Origin: Burkholderiales bacterium | GTDB taxonomy: Bacteria; Pseudomonadota; Gammaproteobacteria; Burkholderiales; SG8-41 | Length of the DNA: 64,000 bases | Assembly: GCA_035259205.1 (NCBI GenBank) | Contig: DATFWO010000318.1 | Span: forward strand, 7,954-71,953 | Reading direction: 5' to 3' | In this document: piece by piece, positions 36,470-44,073 of the stretch | How positions within the stretch are numbered: the stretch's first letter is position 1 | How the letters are laid out: each line of letters opens with the position of its first letter | Notes under the pieces: generated by a model | What the model was told of the DNA's origin: nothing | Seen by the model: only the letters and a program-made list of their open reading frames with translations | Database searches by the model: none | Position numbers and translations under genes: made by a program

Positions 36470-37231
36470 CTATTCAAGCCTTTGCAGGTAGTCCTTGGTG
36501 AAAACCCGGTCGGGCAGGTCGCGCAGTTTCATCCCCGAGTATTCCAGCACCGACTCATCGCCCTTGCGCAGCGCATCCTCCATTACCATGCGCGTCGGTC
36601 GCGCCTTGCCGAGCATGGTCTGGAAGTTCTCGTAGCGGGCGGTTTTGAGCAGACGGTTGGACAACGAGTAGAACTCGGCGCGGTGAGGCCAGAAATTGGA
36701 CTGCTTAACCCAGTAGACGACTTTTTGATAGGTCACGCCGCGGTCGACGGCGGTGAGTTCCAGCACGTAATAGGGCTCGCCGTCGATGGTGTCGGTGCGC
36801 AGGATCTTGGGATTGTAGTCGCCGCTGAAGTTCGATCGAGCGAGGTCACCATTGGCGACCTGGCCGGTGAGGCGCTGCGCCAGCCCGAGCCGCACCGGCT
36901 GCGATACGCTGGGCATGAATATCCACAGGTCGCGGCCTTTCATGAGCATGATCTGCCCGCGCTCGGCGACGGGCTCGGTGATCTGGACCACCGTATTCTC
37001 GTTGCCCTTGGACAGCACGCGATATTTCCGGACTTCGGCCGGCTGGCCCGGGGAGGTCGTGTTGATGGCGATCTCCACCTGAAAGCCCTCGCGCGGGAAG
37101 CGTATCTGGTCCGATTTTTCCAGTATACTTCTGGCGAGATCATCATCCGCAGCCCGGGCCACGTGGATGCCGGGCCCAGCGAGGCACAACAGCGCAGCGA
37201 TCAGCGCGCGTCTCAAGAATCGTCTTGTCAT
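36470..37231 (-). CDS. Periplasmic LolA-like outer-membrane lipoprotein-sorting-type protein
   Basis: Signal peptide MTRRFLRRALIAALLCLAGPGIHVARA. The remaining 250 aa resemble the LolA_like family often encoded with FtsX/MacB ABC transporters. The start is taken at the internal ATG because the longer ORF would overlap the divergent ABC gene. Confidence 0.6.
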   Translation of the reverse strand: MTRRFLRRALIAALLCLAGPGIHVARAADDDLARSILEKSDQIRFPREGFQVEIAINTTSPGQPAEVRKYRVLSKGNENTVVQITEPVAERGQIMLMKGRDLWIFMPSVSQPVRLGLAQRLTGQVANGDLARSNFSGDYNPKILRTDTIDGEPYYVLELTAVDRGVTYQKVVYWVKQSNFWPHRAEFYSLSNRLLKTARYENFQTMLGKARPTRMVMEDALRKGDESVLEYSGMKLRDLPDRVFTKDYLQRLE

Positions 37232-37282
37232 ATCCGCTCTGTGAAAGGGTGTCTGCACCCGCACATTTGAGGAGGGACTTGC

Positions 37283-38056
37283 ATGAGTGTTGCAAGCGTA
37301 GTTCGAATTGAAAACGTATGCAAAGACTACCAGATGGGCGGGCAGCAAGTCCATGCCCTGAAAAGCATTACGCTCAACATCGAGGATGGAGTTTTTCTCG
37401 CCATCGCCGGGCCGTCAGGCAGCGGCAAATCCACGCTGCTCAACCTGATGGGCTGCATCGACACGCCTACGACGGGCAAGATCTATATCAACGGGCAGGA
37501 CGTCACCGGCAAGACGCCCGACCAGCTCGCCGACCTCAGGGCGCGGACCATCGGGTTCATTTTCCAGACGTTCAACCTGCTGCCCGTGCTGACCGCGGCG
37601 GAGAACGTCGAGTATCCCCTCCTGAGGATGAAGGAACTGAGCGCCGCGGAGCGCCGCGACCGGGTCGCAAAATATCTCGGCATCGTCGGCCTCGAGAAGT
37701 ATCGCGACCGTCGTCCCAACCAGCTGAGCGGCGGCCAGCGGCAGCGGGTAGCGATTGCGCGCGCCCTGGCGACGCACCCCAAGATCGTGCTGGCGGACGA
37801 GCCGACCGCGAACCTGGATCACAAGACCGGCTCAGGGATCCTGCAGCTGATGAAGGAGAGCAACCGCTACTACAAGACCACCTTCATTTTTTCCACCCAC
37901 GATCGGCGCGTGATGGACATGGCGGACCGGCTGATCATGGTCGAGGACGGCGAGATTCGCATGTTCGGCATCAAGGGGGCGAACAAATGGTTGATGGTGA
38001 ACGAGCGTATGGGCACTATGGAGGACGCTCCGATCGTGGAAGACAACCTCATTTAG
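37283..38056 (+). CDS. ABC transporter ATP-binding protein (MacB/LolD-type)
   Basis: Walker A GPSGSGKST, Q-loop, signature LSGGQRQRVAIARAL and Walker B IVLADEPT. RBS ggaggga. No permease gene is adjacent. Confidence 0.85.
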   Translation: MSVASVVRIENVCKDYQMGGQQVHALKSITLNIEDGVFLAIAGPSGSGKSTLLNLMGCIDTPTTGKIYINGQDVTGKTPDQLADLRARTIGFIFQTFNLLPVLTAAENVEYPLLRMKELSAAERRDRVAKYLGIVGLEKYRDRRPNQLSGGQRQRVAIARALATHPKIVLADEPTANLDHKTGSGILQLMKESNRYYKTTFIFSTHDRRVMDMADRLIMVEDGEIRMFGIKGANKWLMVNERMGTMEDAPIVEDNLI

Positions 38057-38106
38057 CTTCTTGGCATCTTGATGTCGGACAACCCTTAACACAACGGGTC
38101 ATTCGA

Positions 38107-38520
38107 TTAAGCGATCGAAGGACGCTGCCCTTTAAGGCCGGGAAGCGCAACATCCACGAACACCCGTACATTCGGCGCTAGAAGTCGCGCCGTGCGGGTA
38201 GACAATCTGAACGGGTAGCGGTGGCGGCTCGAACGCACCGAAGACTCGCCGTAGTTTTTGCTTCGCTACCAGCAATTCAACTTGGAAGTAGGGGAACTGC
38301 GCGCAGCCAGGCCGGTGCGTTGCCGCGTCGGTCGCGACCTCAAAACTGGTTGGTGCGCAGAACCGGCTGAATCGGAACGCGTGCAGGCGACTACACGTCG
38401 GCGATCCGCCTCGTCCCGAGAGACCTCGTGCTCGCCTTCATCGTGGGGCTGCTCGACGGCGCTGTTCCCGGCGCGACGCGCATCCCGCTGGTCTACGTAC
38501 TGCCGCAGAAACGTCTGATT
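38107..38520 (-). pseudogene. Remnant of a LysR-family regulator (C-terminal substrate-binding half only, frameshifted, with an in-frame stop)
   Basis: Minus-strand translations in shifting frames give VLRTNQF(stop), FEVATDAATHRPGCAQFPYFQ, ELLVAKQKLRRVFGAFEPPPLPVQIVYPHG and LLAPNVRVFVDVAL(stop). Together these resemble the end of a LysR effector domain. No HTH-encoding 5' part is present. Confidence 0.45.
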
Positions 38521-38537
38521 CCAGGAAACGCGGGGGT

Positions 38538-39722
38538 TCAGGCTTCGAGGCCGACCTCCTTGTAGCTCAGGCCGAGCTTGCCCAGTGTCTTGGAGATCGC
38601 GCGCTGCAGGAGCACCTTGTAGCGCGACGCGAATTCCGCCACTTCGAAGGCGTTGCGCCAATAAACCGGATCGTTCTCCCGAAAGCGGATCATTTCGGCG
38701 AATTCCGGCTCGAAGCTGCAATAGCCGATGGTCTTGAAGTCGATCGCGGTCATGATCGAGAGCACCTGATTGTTGGTCAGGATGGGCGAGGAATCGATCT
38801 CGGGCATCAGTTGCGCGCTCTCGAGCTCGCCCAGTATGGCGGCCTTGTCCGGGCGCCAGGCGACGAAGGGTATTACATACTGCGGGACGCGATCGGGGTC
38901 CTTGCCCGTGCCGTCCCAGAACAGACCCTGGTCTTCCTTGGAGAAGATGTCGGCGATCTTGAAGCCCGAGCGCCGCTCCATGCGGTCGGTCAGCGTGCGC
39001 GAGCACATGTCCTCGAACGGCATGACGTAATAGGAATGGAACTGCATGATCAATTCCTGCGCGAAATCGACGCCCGCCAGCACCAGCGGAATGTCCATGT
39101 CGTAGGCGTAGTAGAAGCCCAGCATCTGGTTGAGCGTGCCGTCGAGGCGGTCGACCGTCTGATAGCTGCCCTTCATCTCGACGTTCTGCAGGGTGTAGCG
39201 GTAGAGTGTCTTGTAAACGGAGGAGCGCGGCTTGTAGACGATGTGGTCGAGGTCCAGCTTGGCCGCGACTTCCTTGCAGCGCTGCAGCGAGAGGATGGAG
39301 TAGAAGCCGTTGTCCCAGGTCATGAGCAGCAGGCGCAGGCCGGGATATTCCTTGCCCAGGCGTGAGAGCATATAGCAGCTGTCCTTGCCGCCGCTGAACA
39401 GGACGATGGCGTCGTAGCGGCCGCGCCCCTTGCCCTGGTGGCTTTTCAGCAGTTGATCGAGCTCCTTGCGCTGGTGCTCGACGTACTTCTTCTGCCAGAG
39501 CGTCTCGTCGTCGTTCGCCTTCAGCTTGTTGTGCTCGTGGCACAGGTTGCAGACGCCATCGGTCAGCGTGACGTAGGGCACGCGCGAGGAAATCACGCAC
39601 TGATTGCAGCGCTGCGCGACCGAGCCCTTGAACAGGCCGCGGACAAAGGGCCAGACATTCCGCGAAACGAAGTCAAACCGCCGCAAGTCATCGAGAATTT
39701 CTTGGTCGATATCACGCGCCAT
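38538..39722 (-). CDS. PP-loop ATP-pyrophosphatase family protein, N-acetyl sugar amidotransferase-like (WbuX/PseA/LfnA type)
   Basis: N-terminal zinc-ribbon-like CNQC ... CNLC, then YDAIVLFSGGKDSCYML (SGGxDS PP-loop). About 390 aa, as in that family. Confidence 0.6.
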   Translation of the reverse strand: MARDIDQEILDDLRRFDFVSRNVWPFVRGLFKGSVAQRCNQCVISSRVPYVTLTDGVCNLCHEHNKLKANDDETLWQKKYVEHQRKELDQLLKSHQGKGRGRYDAIVLFSGGKDSCYMLSRLGKEYPGLRLLLMTWDNGFYSILSLQRCKEVAAKLDLDHIVYKPRSSVYKTLYRYTLQNVEMKGSYQTVDRLDGTLNQMLGFYYAYDMDIPLVLAGVDFAQELIMQFHSYYVMPFEDMCSRTLTDRMERRSGFKIADIFSKEDQGLFWDGTGKDPDRVPQYVIPFVAWRPDKAAILGELESAQLMPEIDSSPILTNNQVLSIMTAIDFKTIGYCSFEPEFAEMIRFRENDPVYWRNAFEVAEFASRYKVLLQRAISKTLGKLGLSYKEVGLEA

Positions 39723-39762
39723 GGGCTCCTCCCGGGAAACGCATTGTGAGATGTGGACGAAC

Positions 39763-40029
39763 TCAGCCGGCCTTACCGCCGCGGGACGGCACCTTCACCA
39801 GCGGATGCACGCGGATATGGTTCTGGCGGAACTTCTGGCCGTCCAGCGCGTCCACCGCCCCCTTCGGGTCCGGGGTGTCCAGCTCGACATGGGCGTAAGG
39901 CTCACGGGTCGGGTTGACCCAGTCGGCATGCAAATCCACGGACAAGACCTTGCCATAAGGCTCAAAAAGCTTGCGGATGAAAGCCTCGTCGGCCTGGAAC
40001 GGAAGGCTGCTGATGAAAATGGTCGCCAT
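39763..40029 (-). CDS. RRM-type RNA-binding protein
   Basis: 88 aa. RNP-like IFISSLPF and YAHVEL. Strong RBS gaggagag. It is directly upstream of, and co-oriented with, the PP-loop gene. Confidence 0.7.
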   Translation of the reverse strand: MATIFISSLPFQADEAFIRKLFEPYGKVLSVDLHADWVNPTREPYAHVELDTPDPKGAVDALDGQKFRQNHIRVHPLVKVPSRGGKAG

Positions 40030-40564
40030 ATCCAACTCTCCTCGCACTGCGCCGAGTTCGCCTCTTCCCGGCGACTTGCTCCAGTCTGTTCCAGAATGAC
40101 GGCAAGATCAACCGGCCCGCAATTTCGCGGCAGCGAATTCCCCTCGGGAATATATTGCAAGGCCCAGTGCAAAGCAAGCGCTCTTCCGCGGCTGCGTTAT
40201 CCGGTATCGGCAGCTGCGCGTGCTCGCTTACCCGCTGCCCAACGCTCCCCCGCGCACTGCGTGCGCAAGGGCGGGCGAAACGAGGTAGCTTCCCGCGCAC
40301 CATACGAGTGTCGGTTCGGGAAATTATGACCACATCTTATCCGACAATTCTGACTGGTGCGGCTCAAACTCTGGTACGCTTTTACCTGTGATCTCCCGCG
40401 TCTATTGGCGAAAACTCGGGGATTCACAATGACCGTCGTACAGGTCAAACCCTGGCGAATCCCCCGGCGGAGCCGGGGCTTGCCTTTGCGAGTTAGCGCG
40501 ATTCGCCCACAATCCGGAAAGCTCGAACCGATCTTCCTGCGAGGTCACTCGGACAGCCGGCCCC

Positions 40565-42241
40565 ATGCCTGAAGAAAACGCCACGCCCATCATCAGTGCG
40601 TTCGATCCCCGCAGCAATCTGAGCGCTGCGCTCGTCGCGTGGCGAGCGATCCTCGGCGACCCCAACGTGCTCGTCGACGATGCGGCGCGCGATCGCTACG
40701 CCCGCAGCACCTCGTCGTCCAGCCGACGCCCGGCGGCAATCCTGAAGCCGGCCTCGCGCGACGAGGTCGTGGAACTCGTCAAAGTGGCGCGCCGCTGCCG
40801 GACGCCGCTCTATCCGATCAGCACTGGCCAAAACTGGGGCTACGGCGACGCCTGCGCGGTTTTCGATGGCCAGGTGATCGTCGATCTTGGCCGCATGAAC
40901 CGGATCCACCATGTCGACACCGAGCTGGGCTACGCCGTCATCGAGCCCGGCGTCACGCAGCGCCAGCTGTCCCGGTACCTCGCTCACCAGAACGTAGCGT
41001 TCTGGGTCGATTGCACGGGCGCAGGACCGAATACCAGCTTGATCGGGAACATCGTCGAGCGCGGTATGGGGCACAGCCCCTACGGTAACCGATTCCAGAC
41101 GATTTCGGGGATGGAGGTCGTGCTCGGAACCGGAGATGTGCTGCGCACAGGATTCGGCCAATTCCCGGGCGCAAAGACCACCCACCTCTATCCGTACGGC
41201 ATAGGCCCGTACCTCGACGGGATTTTCACCCAATCGAATTTCGGGATCGTCACCGAGCTTGGGCTGTGGCTGCTGCCGGTACCGGAGTCGTTCTGTCCGT
41301 ACATTGTGCTGTTCAACGAGGACCAGGACTTGCTCGGCGCCCTCGCGCCGCTGCGGGAGCTGCGGCTCCACCGGATACTGCAAAGCGTGCCCCACATCGG
41401 AAATGACCTTCGGGCGCTGGCCGCGGACGCGCCGTTTCCGCGCGACCGGCTGCCAGGACGCACCCGACTGACACCGGAGATCAGGGCGGCCCTGCGGAAG
41501 CGCGCGGGCATCGGTGCATGGTCGATGTCAGGCGCGTTCTACGGCACGTCACGCCAGGTTGCACTGCACAAGAGGCTTTTGAGGCGCGCGTTAGGCGGGG
41601 TCAACGCAAAGGTGATGTTCCTTCCACGGCACATTCTCGCGGCCGGACGGCTCTTTGTGCGGCTCTTCGGCCACTTGGCGTCGTTCCGGGGGTTGGAGAA
41701 GAAGATCCGCTTGGGCTCGGCACTCGCCGGCATGCATAGCGGCACGCCGACGGGGGCGTTCCTTCGTGGATGCTATTGGCGCCACCAAACAGGAGGACCG
41801 GCCGATTTTTCCGACGATACCGATCTCGCGGGCGAGCGCATCGGGATCATGTGGATGGCCCCGATCATCCCCTTCCGGCAGGACGATCTCGCGCTGCTCA
41901 ACCGGGAGATGGACACACTTTTTTCGCGCTTCGACTTCGATTGCCACGTTACCCTCAACATGATCAACGACCGCGCCCTGGCGGCCGTGTACACGATCGA
42001 ATACGATGCGGAAGACGACGCGGAAACTCGGAGGGGTATCGCGTGTTACGAGGCCGGCGTTCGCAGGCTGTTCGAGCTCGGCTACCCGTTATATCGATCC
42101 TCCGTGAGGGGGATGGCGCTCCTGCCATCGCAAGGCGATGGCAGCGTTGGCGATGCGGTCGGCCGGTTGAAAGGGGCGCTCGATCCGGACGGGGTCATTG
42201 CCCCCGGGCGCTACGATTGGCAGGACCAAGACACGAGGTGA
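40565..42241 (+). CDS. FAD-binding oxidase (FAD_binding_4 / vanillyl-alcohol-oxidase superfamily)
   Basis: PAAILKPASRDEVVELVKVARRCRTPLYPISTGQNWGYG is a typical FAD-binding PCMH segment. 558 aa. Confidence 0.7.
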   Translation: MPEENATPIISAFDPRSNLSAALVAWRAILGDPNVLVDDAARDRYARSTSSSSRRPAAILKPASRDEVVELVKVARRCRTPLYPISTGQNWGYGDACAVFDGQVIVDLGRMNRIHHVDTELGYAVIEPGVTQRQLSRYLAHQNVAFWVDCTGAGPNTSLIGNIVERGMGHSPYGNRFQTISGMEVVLGTGDVLRTGFGQFPGAKTTHLYPYGIGPYLDGIFTQSNFGIVTELGLWLLPVPESFCPYIVLFNEDQDLLGALAPLRELRLHRILQSVPHIGNDLRALAADAPFPRDRLPGRTRLTPEIRAALRKRAGIGAWSMSGAFYGTSRQVALHKRLLRRALGGVNAKVMFLPRHILAAGRLFVRLFGHLASFRGLEKKIRLGSALAGMHSGTPTGAFLRGCYWRHQTGGPADFSDDTDLAGERIGIMWMAPIIPFRQDDLALLNREMDTLFSRFDFDCHVTLNMINDRALAAVYTIEYDAEDDAETRRGIACYEAGVRRLFELGYPLYRSSVRGMALLPSQGDGSVGDAVGRLKGALDPDGVIAPGRYDWQDQDTR

Positions 42242-42424
42242 TTTGCGGCTGAGGCGAGGCGCGAGCTCCGGATCGCTCTGGACGCGCCTATCCTCGTTCG
42301 ATTGATGCCTTTCCGGTAAGGTGTGCTGTCGGGCTTGCACCATCCGGCAGGCGCGCCTTGGCGGCAGGATGAAACCAAAAAAAACGGCAGCCCTGCGGCT
42401 GCCGTTTCAGAACGCGCGCTGTTG

Positions 42425-43411
42425 CTATACAGAAGACTTGCTGCGGCGTGCCGCCACCCCGAATCCGGCCAGGGCCAGACCGAGAAGGGCGAGCGTGCCC
42501 GGCTCGGGAGCCGTCAGGACTTGGAACTGGAAGTCGCCGCGGGCAAACGGGTCGACGCCGTCTACGTATGTAGCGCCCGTCGTTGAAAGCCCCTTACCAC
42601 CTTGTACGGTGCCTGACCCCTTGAAGTCGACGGGAAACAGGGGATTGCCAAAGAAGGGGCAGCCTGCAGGAGGCAAGTTGGTGTCGCAAATCTGCGGGTC
42701 CACATCCGGCCCGGTGCCGCCCGCCCCTTGCTGGAACGCGAAGTCGGGCGTGCCAACAATGCCGGTGACTTGCTTCACGAGCGAGGGGTTGTCGCTTGCA
42801 GTAATTGTCAGGTGCTCGTTGCCGGCCGGCGCCCCGCTAGCCCCCGTGAACACAACGTTCCAAAATAACGTCCCGTTCGAAGCGCCCGTCAGGCAACTAG
42901 ACAAGCTGACTTGGGCACCGGCGAGCGCGGTGTTGCAGTCACCGGCAGCGAGATCCATATCCGCGATCGGGCCGTCCCAAGTACGGGCGATGGTGCCGGC
43001 CGGCGCCCCGGCGGTAGCCGCCGCTGGTATTACTAGTCCGGGCGCGAAGGGTACCGTATTAGAAAGGAATCCCGTGGGATTCGCGCCAAAAACAAAGAGG
43101 AATTGCCCGGGTCCAGCAGGGATCTTGGTAAGTACAAACTGATCTATGATACCGGTGAACTCGGGCGGAGTGATGGTAACCGAGCTGCCGGGCCCCGTGG
43201 CGGGGTGAGTTGACTGAACCGTGATGATCGCGACGATGCTGTCGCCCTTGTCGATCAAGCCATTCCCGTTCCGGTCGATAAAAAAGTCGAGCAGGTCGTC
43301 CTCGAACGCCGTGCCCGCCGGTCCGAAGAACGTGGGTGCAGCCGTCGCCGTCCCCCCCAGCCCCATGCCCAGTGCAAGCGCGACGCTTGCGGAAAGTGTT
43401 TTCAGTTTCAT
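42425..43411 (-). CDS. PEP-CTERM sorting-domain protein (canonical motif)
   Basis: Signal peptide MKLKTLSASVALALGMGLGGTATA. C-terminus VLTAPEPGTLALLGLALAGFGVAARRSK. RBS aaggga. Confidence 0.85.
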   Translation of the reverse strand: MKLKTLSASVALALGMGLGGTATAAPTFFGPAGTAFEDDLLDFFIDRNGNGLIDKGDSIVAIITVQSTHPATGPGSSVTITPPEFTGIIDQFVLTKIPAGPGQFLFVFGANPTGFLSNTVPFAPGLVIPAAATAGAPAGTIARTWDGPIADMDLAAGDCNTALAGAQVSLSSCLTGASNGTLFWNVVFTGASGAPAGNEHLTITASDNPSLVKQVTGIVGTPDFAFQQGAGGTGPDVDPQICDTNLPPAGCPFFGNPLFPVDFKGSGTVQGGKGLSTTGATYVDGVDPFARGDFQFQVLTAPEPGTLALLGLALAGFGVAARRSKSSV

Positions 43412-43473
43412 AGTTTGTCCCTTCGATGCCGGTTAATGTGTTGCGCCAAAAGCTTTTACCACACCCCTCGTAA

Positions 43474-43489
43474 AGCAACGGCCGTGCCA
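43474..43489 (-). promoter_or_regulatory. Sigma-54 (-24/-12) promoter (minus strand)
   Basis: The reverse complement reads TGGCAC-GGCCG-TTGCT, a consensus-grade match, 63 nt upstream of the ATG at 43411. Confidence 0.7.
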
Positions 43490-43563
43490 TAATTTATAAC
43501 TACTTGATACTTAGAATAAATATAAATACCCGCCCCAGACCACTGGCTTATCCGAAGCCGATT

Positions 43564-43580
43564 GATAAAATTTTCCGACA
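43564..43580 (-). promoter_or_regulatory. 17-bp box copy (reverse complement TGTCGGAAAATTTTATC), proximal site
   Basis: Lies 75 bp upstream of the promoter at 43474-43489, in gene orientation. Confidence 0.55.
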
Positions 43581-43676
43581 AAAAACAGGCGCAATTTACG
43601 CAGATGAGACCGGCTCTGGACGGCGTATTCGACAGCTTTCTTCATTTAATCCTTTAGTTACAGCTTGAAACCCGGT

Positions 43677-43693
43677 TGTAAAATTTACCGACA
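43677..43693 (-). promoter_or_regulatory. 17-bp box copy (reverse complement TGTCGGTAAATTTTACA), distal site
   Basis: Lies 113 bp from the proximal copy, in gene orientation. Confidence 0.6.
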
Positions 43694-44073
43694 AAACGCA
43701 GCGGCCGTGCGGGAAGCGAAGTAAGACATTGTTTTAAATAGATACCCAAACTACAGCGGAAAGCACCCGCCACTGGTCCAACCATCCGTTCACGGAATCG
43801 GACGCCTGCCCCGGTCATCGCTTCCAGAACGCTCGTCTGAACAACCCGTGAAAACGACAGGCCTTGCGGCACGTCCCCTCGTTCCTCGCATTATGGGCGC
43901 CCGGTGTGGCCCTAGCAAACGGCGGCGCACTACCCCATCGGGACGGCCGTAGATCGCCGCCTGCAGCGGCAGCGAGGCATGGTCTTCGCACCGCAACGGC
44001 TACAGGCCACGCACCTGCGGGCCGCGTGCAGAGGGTGCGTGGGGGCTCTTATGTCGCGCCGCCAGCTCGCGGG

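Noticed and set aside
38266-39600. 444-aa ORF overlapping the PP-loop gene in another frame
   Set aside because: The translation is Arg/Gly/Pro-rich. The alternative frame (38538..39722) has CxxC pairs and an SGGKDS PP-loop. Only its 3' tail (38266-38520) is of interest, as part of the LysR remnant.
43700-44073. About 370 bp with no called gene between the box pair and the GT2 fusion gene. Small ORFs 43654..43872 (-), 43790..43996 (-) and 43864..44226 (+) overlap it.
   Set aside because: None has an RBS, recognisable motifs or plausible composition. It is left unassigned, possibly a 3' UTR or degraded sequence.
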